From assembly GCA_038850285.1 (NCBI GenBank), contig JAWCMA010000002.1, positions 67,783 to 110,537 on the forward strand: a stretch of 42,755 nucleotides of DNA, written 5' to 3'. Below the pieces are notes generated by a model. It ran no database searches. It was not told the origin of the DNA and saw only the letters and a list, made by a program, of their open reading frames with translations. A program made the translations under genes and the position numbers. Below are positions 30,177 to 38,248 of the stretch, piece by piece; positions within the stretch are counted from its first letter, which is position 1, and each line of letters starts with the position of its first letter. The DNA is from Methanocellales archaeon. GTDB lineage: Archaea; Halobacteriota; JAWCLZ01.

Positions 30177-31751
30177 GTGAAAGTGCTGGTTAGCGATCCA
30201 ATTGCTGAAGAGGGAATAAGGATATTGAAGAGAGAAGCAGAGGTGGATGTATTAACCAAGCTATCGAAAGAAGAGCTCATTAAAATTATAAAGAATTACG
30301 ATGCCCTTGTAGTGAGAAGCGCTACCCAGGTAACTCGAGAGGTAATCGAAGCTGGAGAGCGCTTGAAAGTCATTGGACGCGCGGGGGTGGGCGTGGATAA
30401 CATCGAGGTTGATGCTGCTACCGAGAGAGGTATAATCGTGCTAAATGCACCTGAGGGCAATACAATTGCAGCAGCGGAGCATACAATTGGAATGATACTC
30501 GCTCTTGCGAGAAATATACCCCAGGCAAATGCATCTTTAAAGGGAAAAAGGTGGGAGAAAAGCAAATTCATGGGCGTTGAAATATACGATAAAGTACTCG
30601 GGATCATAGGGCTTGGGAGAATCGGAAGCGAAGTAGCCAAGCGCTGTCAAGTATTTGGAATGCGAATTTTAGCTTATGATCCTTATATCTCTGAGGAGAA
30701 GGCGAAGGCTCTCGGAGTGAAACTAACCACTTTAGATGACCTATTGAAAAATGCAGATTTCATAACCATACACACTCCTCTTACTAAGGAAACTCAGAAC
30801 CTCATAGGTGTGGAAGAATTTGAGAAGATGAAGAAGGGGGTTAGGATAATCAACTGCGCCAGAGGTGGAATAATCGATGAAGAAGCATTGTACAATGCTC
30901 TGAAGAGTGGAAAAGTAGCAGGCGCTGCTCTAGATGTATTCGCGAAGGAACCACCTCTGGATTCACCGCTCCTCACGCTTGACAATGTTACAGTTACCCC
31001 TCATCTTGGAGCGTCAACTGCTGAGGCGCAGATAAATGTAGCAGTTTCAGTGGCTGAGCAGGTCTTGAACGCGCTCAAGGGCGAGGTGGTGAAGAATGCA
31101 GTAAATGCTCCAGCTATCGGGCCTGAGGTTATGGAAGCAATTAGGCCATATTTACCGCTTGCGGAGAAAATCGGCAAATTCCTAGCTCAGGTTGTAAAGG
31201 GATATATCAATCAAGTTGAAATTTCTTACAGCGGGGAAATTGCAGAGAAGGATACGAAGTTCTTAACCATAGCAGTTTTAAAGGGCTTGCTCGAGCCCGT
31301 GCTCTGCGCACCAGTTACTTATGTAAATGCAATGATGATCGCTAAGAATAGAGGAATAAAGGTATTCGAAAGTAAGAGCCCTAAGACCGAGGATTTTGCA
31401 AATTTGATCTCTGTGACAGCGAAGTCAGATATAGATCAGAGGCGTGCAGCAGGTACGATCTTCGGCAAGCGAGATGCAAGAATAGTGCTCATAGATAAAT
31501 ACCGAGTGGATGCAATACCCTCTGGCTATATGGTGATCTCCAATCACATCGATAAACCAGGGGTGATCGGCAAGATCGGCACCCTGTTAGGCAGGAATAA
31601 CATTAACATTGCTGGGATGATAGTGGGAAGAGAATATCCAGGCGGCCCTGCAGTAATGGTGCTCGCAGTGGATAGTTTCATTCCAGATGAAATTTTAAAG
31701 CAATTCCTAGATGTGGATGGAGTGAAAGACGCTGAGCTGGTGAAGCTTTAG
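30177..31751 (+). CDS. serA: D-3-phosphoglycerate dehydrogenase (with ASB and ACT domains)
   Basis: GRAGVGVDNI, GLGRIG, NCARGG, TPHLGAST, DKPGVIG...NINIAGM. Confidence 0.97.
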   Translation: MKVLVSDPIAEEGIRILKREAEVDVLTKLSKEELIKIIKNYDALVVRSATQVTREVIEAGERLKVIGRAGVGVDNIEVDAATERGIIVLNAPEGNTIAAAEHTIGMILALARNIPQANASLKGKRWEKSKFMGVEIYDKVLGIIGLGRIGSEVAKRCQVFGMRILAYDPYISEEKAKALGVKLTTLDDLLKNADFITIHTPLTKETQNLIGVEEFEKMKKGVRIINCARGGIIDEEALYNALKSGKVAGAALDVFAKEPPLDSPLLTLDNVTVTPHLGASTAEAQINVAVSVAEQVLNALKGEVVKNAVNAPAIGPEVMEAIRPYLPLAEKIGKFLAQVVKGYINQVEISYSGEIAEKDTKFLTIAVLKGLLEPVLCAPVTYVNAMMIAKNRGIKVFESKSPKTEDFANLISVTAKSDIDQRRAAGTIFGKRDARIVLIDKYRVDAIPSGYMVISNHIDKPGVIGKIGTLLGRNNINIAGMIVGREYPGGPAVMVLAVDSFIPDEILKQFLDVDGVKDAELVKL

Positions 31752-31767
31752 GATGATAGGAAGTGGA

Positions 31768-31792
31768 AAAGGAGAAACTTGGTTTCTCCTTT
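31768..31792. terminator. Perfect 11-bp hairpin between convergent serA and kaiC-like genes; candidate bidirectional terminator
   Basis: aaaggagaaac-ttg-gtttctccttt. Confidence 0.6.
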
Positions 31793-32517
31793 CAATGGAC
31801 GCGCTCGGTGTTGTATACTTCAAAGCCTCGCGATGTAATTTCATATGGCCGGAGGTAGCGGTCAAAGTCATGCGATGCCATCTTTAAAATATCAAGCGCG
31901 CGCAAGCGGTGGAAGTCTTTGCTTAAATACCGCAGGTTAATAACTCCATCGGAGATATATTGCTCAGGTGTATAATAATCGCTTCCTTCGCTTTCAATTT
32001 CAGCGGTGAATATTGTTGTGAGTTTAGCTTCATGAAGGAGCTTTGTAAGGCTCAAAACTTGTTCTCTCCGCTTTAGAGGGTCTTGAAATTGAGAGGTGAA
32101 CATTGTAATTGGATCGAATACTGCTCTTTTTATATTTCTATGGCAAAATCTCCTCAAAATTTCAAATAGGGTATCAGCATTAAACGCGTGGGGATCGTCT
32201 TTGCCGATTAAAAAAGTTCCCTCGCCGAACTGTCCTTCAAAGGGAGAGGCATCAACGAAGGTTAATAATCCTTGGTCGGCATATTTTTTAATATCCCAAT
32301 TGAAACTGCTGCAGGTTTTTATTATTCGCATTGGAGAGTCTTCTAGAGATATATATATACCTGCTTCACCGCGCGTTGCCCCGTGGTACAGGAACTGCGC
32401 ACTGAGCACTGTTTTACCGCTACCGGGGCCTCCGCTTATTAATATAACGCTAGCCTCTGGAAATCCGCCTTTGAGCATACTATCTAATCCGCGAATTCCA
32501 GTTGTAACTTTATTCAT
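31792..32517 (-). CDS. Single-domain KaiC-like RecA-superfamily ATPase
   Basis: TGIRGLDSMLKGGFP, Walker A GGPGSGKT, YISLE, VFDPIT, DGVINL, RALDILKM; start MNKV with GGTGGGG SD. Confidence 0.9.
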   Translation of the reverse strand: MNKVTTGIRGLDSMLKGGFPEASVILISGGPGSGKTVLSAQFLYHGATRGEAGIYISLEDSPMRIIKTCSSFNWDIKKYADQGLLTFVDASPFEGQFGEGTFLIGKDDPHAFNADTLFEILRRFCHRNIKRAVFDPITMFTSQFQDPLKRREQVLSLTKLLHEAKLTTIFTAEIESEGSDYYTPEQYISDGVINLRYLSKDFHRLRALDILKMASHDFDRYLRPYEITSRGFEVYNTERVH

Positions 32518-32583
32518 CCATACCCCCACCGAGCGCATCATATTATAAATCAAAATTCTATTATTTAAATCTTTTTGTTAATT

Positions 32584-32600
32584 TTGGTAATATCTACCAA
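32584..32600. promoter_or_regulatory. Palindromic operator TTGGTA-N5-TACCAA (copy 1)
   Basis: ttggta atatc taccaa, about 14 nt upstream of the kaiC-side TATA (32562-32569). Confidence 0.65.
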
Positions 32601-32686
32601 TTTTTTTAAAAATCGGATTTTTAAAAGCGATCGGTAGTTAATTTTTGATTGTAAAATTTTGAAGTTAACTGAGAGGAAATAAATTT

Positions 32687-32703
32687 TTGGTAGGATTTAC
32701 CAA
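32687..32703. promoter_or_regulatory. Palindromic operator TTGGTA-N5-TACCAA (copy 2)
   Basis: ttggta ggatt taccaa, about 14 nt upstream of TATA ttttatat (32718-32725). Confidence 0.65.
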
Positions 32704-32781
32704 TTCAATATCGATAGTTTTATATCTTTTTAAAGCTAATTTGCTGCCGAAATTTTCGTTAACAATTAAAAGCTGAGATCT

Positions 32782-33615
32782 ATGGAGAGAATTGAAAATA
32801 TAGCAGTAATAGGCCTAGGGACGATGGGACTCGGGATTGGATGTGTGGCTGCTCAGGGGGATTACAAGGTTTTGCTTATAGCGCGAACTCAAAGAGGTAT
32901 TGAAATTGCAAGTGCCAAATTAAGTAAAATGATGGAGGGGGGAATCCAGTATACACAAAATTTGAAATTCAGCCTTGATTTAAATTCTATTCAACCCTGC
33001 CAGTTAATCATCGAAGCTATACCTGAGCAAGCTGAGATGAAAAAACAGCTTTTGAATAAGGTTAGCTTAATTTCTCCTCGCGCGATAATAGCTTCAACTA
33101 CTTCCTCCATTCCCATAACTGAGCTTTCAATTGCTGTTGAATTCCCTGAGAGATTCATAGGCCTGCATTTTTTCAATCCAGTTCAAAAAAGCAAGATTGT
33201 GGAAGTGATAAAAGGCAATAGAACTTCTGCTGAGACCTTTGAAATTGCAATTAACTTTGTTAAAAGCTTGAACAAATTTCCAGTTGCTGTTAAAGATGCA
33301 CCTGGATTTGCAAGCAGTAGAATGATTGTGGTTTATATCAATGAAGCCATAAAAGTACTGGAAGAAGGCATAGCCTCGAAGGAAGACATAGATAGAATAG
33401 CAAAGCTGGCTTTTGGCCATCCCGTGGGCCCGCTGAAGCTGGCGGATTTTATTGGTTTAGATGTGGTGCTTGATACATTGAATTCAATTTATGCTCGCAC
33501 CCAGCAGGAGAGATATAGGCCGAGCAAACTGCTGGAAAAAATGGTCAGGGATGGAAAACTTGGGATGAAAAGGGAGATGGGTTTTTATGAATATGGAAAG
33601 CGTGAGGGTATATGA
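32782..33615 (+). CDS. 3-hydroxyacyl-CoA (3-hydroxybutyryl-CoA) dehydrogenase
   Basis: Rossmann VIGLGTMG, IEAIPE, STTSSI, IGLHFFNPV, GHPVGPLKLADFIGLD. Confidence 0.93.
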   Translation: MERIENIAVIGLGTMGLGIGCVAAQGDYKVLLIARTQRGIEIASAKLSKMMEGGIQYTQNLKFSLDLNSIQPCQLIIEAIPEQAEMKKQLLNKVSLISPRAIIASTTSSIPITELSIAVEFPERFIGLHFFNPVQKSKIVEVIKGNRTSAETFEIAINFVKSLNKFPVAVKDAPGFASSRMIVVYINEAIKVLEEGIASKEDIDRIAKLAFGHPVGPLKLADFIGLDVVLDTLNSIYARTQQERYRPSKLLEKMVRDGKLGMKREMGFYEYGKREGI

Positions 33616-34697
33616 AGATCGCAAGCATGGAAATTGCGGTTCCCCCCTATGAGTATACCACTGAGGAAATGCTGGAGATTTTCCCAGGTAAAATGAGTGA
33701 AGAGGCAAGGCGAACTATTTTGAATCTAGGGGTGGAAAAAAGGCATCTCTGCTTTGATTTGAGATCTATCCCTTATGATAAAACATTGATTAAACCGCAT
33801 ATAAGCACATCTAAAATATGCGTGGAAGCAGGGAAAAGCTGTCTAGAAAAGGCAGAGGTCAAGCCTGAGAGGATTTCTCGCTTTATTGCAATTTACGATT
33901 ATCATGAGCGGCTTTGCCCTGGTCCAAGTGCTGAGATTCTGAGGAAAATAGGGCTCTCACCTTATACAAAAGATTTCAATATTCAGGGAATGGCCTGCTC
34001 AGCATTTCCTAGGGCAATTGAACTCGTCGAAAGTACCCTTAAGCCCGGGGAATATCTGCTGCTTTTAATTTCAGGCTGTATCTCGCCTTGGTTTATCAAT
34101 CAAGCCAAGCACCTCAATAACATCTTGGGGCCTGAGGAGATTAAAAGTGCCTTTAGCGAGGAGAGGAGAAAGATTGAATTCAATAAATGGCGGCACTTAA
34201 CCGAGTTCTTTCTATTTGGAGATGGAGCAATTGCAATTCTCGCTGGAGGAGAGGAATGTGAGGAAATGAAGATCTTAAAATCCACGAGTCTCATTAACTT
34301 AGCGGTTAACGACTTTGAGATCGCTTATTTAGAGCTAAATGGAGGTGGAAACTTTTATTCTTACATCGATAGGAGGCTAAGAGCTTTAATAATTGAATAT
34401 ATGGAGAGAATTGCGAAGCAGCTTGCAATTGATTTCAATAAGATTAAAAAATGGGCTATACATACTGGGAGTAAAAGAATCGTGGATGAGGTCTCAAGGC
34501 ATTTCAATATAGATTTTGAAAAAGCAAGAGAGAGCTATGAAGTTCTATCTCAATATGGCAATATAAGTGGAGCCAGTGTGCCATTTATTTTATATAAAAT
34601 TTTTAATAACAATTCTCTTCGAAAGGGGGATATAGCGGGCATATTAGACTTTGGATGGGGATTCAGAGCTGATGGCGTTATATATCAATATTTATAA
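33612..34697 (+). CDS. Type III polyketide synthase-like (chalcone synthase superfamily) condensing enzyme
   Basis: Cys129 (GMACS), His284 (WAIHTGS) and Asn317 (VLSQYGNISGASVPFIL) triad; LFGDGA; FGWGF; N-terminal AVPPY...LGVEKRH. Confidence 0.8.
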   Translation: MKIASMEIAVPPYEYTTEEMLEIFPGKMSEEARRTILNLGVEKRHLCFDLRSIPYDKTLIKPHISTSKICVEAGKSCLEKAEVKPERISRFIAIYDYHERLCPGPSAEILRKIGLSPYTKDFNIQGMACSAFPRAIELVESTLKPGEYLLLLISGCISPWFINQAKHLNNILGPEEIKSAFSEERRKIEFNKWRHLTEFFLFGDGAIAILAGGEECEEMKILKSTSLINLAVNDFEIAYLELNGGGNFYSYIDRRLRALIIEYMERIAKQLAIDFNKIKKWAIHTGSKRIVDEVSRHFNIDFEKARESYEVLSQYGNISGASVPFILYKIFNNNSLRKGDIAGILDFGWGFRADGVIYQYL

Positions 34698-34708
34698 TTA
34701 TAATTATA

Positions 34709-35179
34709 CTAGATCAACTTTTCATACATTTGAACCAGCATTCCCTTCGCCTGCTCGTAGGGCTCTCCTTTCCTGTGAAAACCAAATTTTTCCACGCATT
34801 TTTTACTTGCAAGTTGATCCACTAGGATATTAACTAAAATCCTCTTGCATCCTTGCTCTTGAGCATAGTTTATTATATGCTCATACATTGCAGTAGCCAG
34901 TCCCTTGCCTCGGTGAATAGCAGGAATGGATTGATGCTCTCCAAATACCGCGTCTCCTTGAATGCTTGCTTTATAAATCCCGGCAATTTTTCCAGCAATT
35001 TTAATTCCAAAGTAAAAATAGCCACTCTCCATCTCCTTGATTATTTGCCCCTCTGTGAGTGCTCTTTTTTTCCTCCATTCCTCAGGATACTCCATTGCAC
35101 TTGGCCAGACTTCTTTTAATAGCGCTTCAATTTCCCCGGCATCTTCCTTAGATAAGAGCTCTACTTTATATGCGCCCAT
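34709..35179 (-). CDS. GNAT-family N-acetyltransferase
   Basis: AcCoA motif HRGKGLA; C-terminal EKFGF. Confidence 0.85.
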   Translation of the reverse strand: MGAYKVELLSKEDAGEIEALLKEVWPSAMEYPEEWRKKRALTEGQIIKEMESGYFYFGIKIAGKIAGIYKASIQGDAVFGEHQSIPAIHRGKGLATAMYEHIINYAQEQGCKRILVNILVDQLASKKCVEKFGFHRKGEPYEQAKGMLVQMYEKLI

Positions 35180-35248
35180 ATCAAAGGAAAAGAGAAGCGA
35201 AAAAGTTCATATAGTTTATCTTCTTTTTAATCTTCTAGGTTAAGAGCA

Positions 35249-36289
35249 ATGGCAAAGATAAAAGTAGCAGTTTTAGGAGCCACTGGAAACGTAGGCCAGC
35301 GCATAATTCAACTCTTAACAGATCATCCTTGGTTTGAGCTTGTTTCAATAACAGCTTCGGATCGAAGCGTGGGCAAGAAATATAAAGAAGCAGCGAACTG
35401 GAGGCTTAATGCAGAAATTCCTGAGAATGCAAGAGATCTAGTGGTAGCTCCAACAGATCCCAAGGGCGTGGATGAAAGCGCTAAATTGATATTCTCAGCG
35501 CTGCCTGCGGATATTGCGAGAGCTGTTGAGCCTGAGTTTGCCAAAGCTGGCTTCTTAGTTTCAAGCAATGCAAGTGCATTTAGAATGGAGAAAGATGTGC
35601 CACTTATTATTCCCGAGGTAAATCCAGATCACCTTGGTTTGCTGGGAGTGCAAAGGGAGAATCGAAAATGGAGCGGAGCGCTTTTAACAGATCCAAATTG
35701 CACTGTCATTCAGCTGGCGATCTCTCTCAAGCCCCTCATGAATTTTGGAATTAAGCGGGTGCACGCTGCATCTATGCAGGCGGTAAGTGGAGCTGGCTAT
35801 GATGGCGTGGCTTCAATGGCGATTTTGGATAATTTAATTCCCTATATTGCAAAGGAAGAGGAAAAAGTAGAGACCGAGCCGCTTAAAATACTTGGTACTT
35901 TCAATGGAAGAGAAGTGGAATTCGCGCAGTTTAGTATTACAGCCAGTTGCCATCGCGTGCCAGTTTTAGATGGTCATACTATAGCTGTTTGGGTGGAGCT
36001 GGAGGAAGAACCGGAGGTAGAGGAGGTAATTAAAGCTTTTCGAAGTTTTAAGTCAGATTTAAATCTCCCTAGCTCTCCTCCGGAATTGATTCAGGTTAGA
36101 ATGGAGCCAGATCGCCCTCAGCCGCGGCTAGATAGAGATGCTGGAAGGGGAATGACAGTTACAGTTGGCAGAGTTCGAAAGAGCGATAGAGGTATTAAGT
36201 ATATTTGCCTGGGACATAATACTATTAGAGGAGCTGCTGGCGCTGCATTGCTCAATGGTGAATTGCTGGTTAAGGAAAAAAAGCTTTAA
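35249..36289 (+). CDS. asd: Aspartate-semialdehyde dehydrogenase
   Basis: [52 protein letters not shown]. Confidence 0.97.
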   Translation: MAKIKVAVLGATGNVGQRIIQLLTDHPWFELVSITASDRSVGKKYKEAANWRLNAEIPENARDLVVAPTDPKGVDESAKLIFSALPADIARAVEPEFAKAGFLVSSNASAFRMEKDVPLIIPEVNPDHLGLLGVQRENRKWSGALLTDPNCTVIQLAISLKPLMNFGIKRVHAASMQAVSGAGYDGVASMAILDNLIPYIAKEEEKVETEPLKILGTFNGREVEFAQFSITASCHRVPVLDGHTIAVWVELEEEPEVEEVIKAFRSFKSDLNLPSSPPELIQVRMEPDRPQPRLDRDAGRGMTVTVGRVRKSDRGIKYICLGHNTIRGAAGAALLNGELLVKEKKL

Positions 36290-36372
36290 AAAGACCTTCG
36301 CGCTCGCCCTACAAAATGAAGGGGGAATTAAGGGGGATGAATGGGGAGTGCAAGGCGAGTCTCGCGGTCTCC
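36288..36372 (-). ncRNA. Putative small RNA with bulge-helix-bulge motif and C-rich loop (candidate circular RNA precursor)
   Basis: Minus strand GGAGAC-CGCG-AGA-CUCGCCUUGCA-[35-nt loop]-UGUAGGGCGAG-CGCG-AAG-GUCUUUUU; G-U wobbles pair only on this strand; BRE/TATA upstream; U5 end. Confidence 0.68.
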
Positions 36373-36394
36373 AAATTAAATATACCTTTGAGAC

Positions 36395-36409
36395 CTCTTA
36401 ATTTTTTCG
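36395..36409 (-). promoter_or_regulatory. Candidate BRE/TATA promoter for the BHB small RNA
   Basis: Minus strand CGAAAAAATTAAGAG; TATA-like element about 25-30 nt upstream of G36372. Confidence 0.55.
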
Positions 36410-36443
36410 ATAATTGTCGAATTTTAAATCTATATAGTCGATA

Positions 36444-37190
36444 TCATATCAATGGTCTCAGCTCGCTGACTTCAATTAAATGCGAAATTGCCTTACTCTG
36501 GATCTCAATATCGCTCTCGATGCTCGCTGCAACCAAATTATGACCACCGATTAAGGCAATTCCCACGCGATCTCTTCCAACTGGAACATCGAGTAAAGGT
36601 GTATTAGGGTCGCCAACAGCCAGAACCCCTTTGAAGTCCGCAGCCACGAGATCTTCAAGTATACCCTCAACATCTTCCCGCGCAGACATAGGCACTTCTC
36701 TTAAATTCGCAAGAATCTTACCGGAACCAGTGGTGATCACTTGAAGCACCGAGGTAGAGTTTTTAGAGGTAAATACCTCAAGGGGGTCGAGCGTGGTACT
36801 TACATACATAAGCAAATCTGTGAATCTAACTGGCTCTCTATCCCGCACCTGCACAATGCCGCCGCATTTTAACTTCGAAGGAATACCAGCCTTCAGCAGC
36901 ACTCCGTCTATAGTTATACTGCAGATGGTGAGAATACCAACCTTGCCTTTTTCAATTACCAGGTCACCTGAGGTTTCCCCTTCATCAACTATTTTAATCA
37001 GCGGACTCACAGCTATACCGCTATATATAACTTGAGAAAAAATCTCAAGCACTCTATCTAGATCTTCCTTTTTCACCAGCGAGAGATTCACAATGACCTT
37101 TCCCCTCTTAATTACTGGATCAAAGGTAACGCCATAGATTAGCTCTTCAATTCTAGAGATCGTAAATGTTATATTGGTGGAGATGCCCAT
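36444..37190 (-). CDS. NrpR regulatory domain (DUF128) protein lacking the wHTH; NrpRII-like
   Basis: SRIEELIYGVTFDP...GKVIVNLS, TICSITIDGVLLKAGIP, RFTDLLMYVSTTLDPLEVF, GKILANLREVP; start set at MGISTN. Confidence 0.85.
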   Translation of the reverse strand: MGISTNITFTISRIEELIYGVTFDPVIKRGKVIVNLSLVKKEDLDRVLEIFSQVIYSGIAVSPLIKIVDEGETSGDLVIEKGKVGILTICSITIDGVLLKAGIPSKLKCGGIVQVRDREPVRFTDLLMYVSTTLDPLEVFTSKNSTSVLQVITTGSGKILANLREVPMSAREDVEGILEDLVAADFKGVLAVGDPNTPLLDVPVGRDRVGIALIGGHNLVAASIESDIEIQSKAISHLIEVSELRPLI

Positions 37191-37254
37191 TTCTTTATCG
37201 AAAAACCATATTACTGGTCTGAGTATATATAAATTGGAGGTAGGGTGATGGATC

Positions 37255-38160
37255 ATGAATAAAATGGTGAATATTATAAAGGAAATTTTCACAACAGGGG
37301 GTTATAATGTTAGAGAAGCAATGGAGGACTTTGATTTAGTAGCTGAGAAGGGAAAGAACACTGTTTTGATCAAATACCTCGAGAAACTAGATAAACAATC
37401 AATAAAAGAATTCGCTCAAGTCACGAGGAGAAGAGGCTTGCCTCTCTTAATTTCAACCGCAAGTGCTGATGCTGAAATCAAAGATTTTGCCCTCACACTT
37501 GAAATTTCCCTATGGGATCGCTCTGAATTTGAACTGCAGATTGGAAGAGCTATACTCGCAGATATAGAGGGAGAAACACCTGAAATTGCCATCGCGCCAA
37601 CTCAAGCTGCAACTCTACATATAATTACCCAGCCAGTTAAAATCACAAAGCGAGAAGCAATGGCCGCGGGGAAAAAAGATATGGGAATGGCAGATGAAGC
37701 TGTGCTTAGATTCGTGCCATTCTATAAATTTGATTATTCATTTGATATTTCCAAGCGCTATAATCAGGAATTCAAAGGCAAAGGCTCAGGCAGCTTCAAT
37801 GCATTGAATGGAAGAATTGAGTTCACACCGCTAACTGAACTTGAAGAGACTATCAATTTACCGCAAAATGAATATCTAATCAATGAACCAGCGATTTCAA
37901 AAGAAGAAGCAGCAGGGAAGATTCGAGAAGAAATATGCAAGCATCATGCTCAAGATATAAAAAGCAAAGTAGCTCAAGGCGAGTCAGTGATAATTGAACA
38001 TAGAGTTATAAAACCCCAGCCCAGAGATATAGAACTCAGCATGAGCATGGTTTACATACCATTCTGGGAGGTTAAAAGCAAGAGAGGTAGCTTCGAGATG
38101 AATGCATTCAATGGCAAAGTAAGCGAGGTGCCAATCGACAACGATGCTGAATTCGTTTAA
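37255..38160 (+). CDS. Hypothetical protein with N-terminal restriction-endonuclease-like fold
   Basis: GYNVRE...DFDLVAEKG...VLIKY...IKEF...LLIST...ISLWDRSE resembles Mrr-like domains; duplicated VPFY/IPFW subdomains. Confidence 0.6.
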   Translation: MNKMVNIIKEIFTTGGYNVREAMEDFDLVAEKGKNTVLIKYLEKLDKQSIKEFAQVTRRRGLPLLISTASADAEIKDFALTLEISLWDRSEFELQIGRAILADIEGETPEIAIAPTQAATLHIITQPVKITKREAMAAGKKDMGMADEAVLRFVPFYKFDYSFDISKRYNQEFKGKGSGSFNALNGRIEFTPLTELEETINLPQNEYLINEPAISKEEAAGKIREEICKHHAQDIKSKVAQGESVIIEHRVIKPQPRDIELSMSMVYIPFWEVKSKRGSFEMNAFNGKVSEVPIDNDAEFV

Positions 38161-38248
38161 ACATATCTAGCCTCAAAATTCAGATTCCAATTCCTTTTTT
38201 AAGCAAAGTAATAAAGATTATTATAGCTCAGTTGATACACTTGAAGAG

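Noticed and set aside
33612-34697. Annotation as FabH or HMG-CoA synthase
   Set aside because: The His context is HTGS rather than FabH-type HQAN, HMG-CoA synthase motifs are not evident, and the contexts fit the chalcone synthase superfamily better; an HMM test is still needed
36288-36372. BHB structure as an intron-containing or split tRNA, or an rRNA processing stem
   Set aside because: The flanking exons total only about 20 nt, with no cloverleaf, D-loop or T-loop motif, and no rRNA is enclosed
36165-36543. Short + strand ORFs 36165-36401 and 36316-36543
   Set aside because: They overlap asd or nrpRII and the structured RNA and have no protein-like motifs
37191-37292. Extended hydrophobic N-terminus of the NrpRII-like ORF
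   Set aside because: It overlaps the divergent gene and the promoter region; recognisable domain sequence begins after Met at 37190
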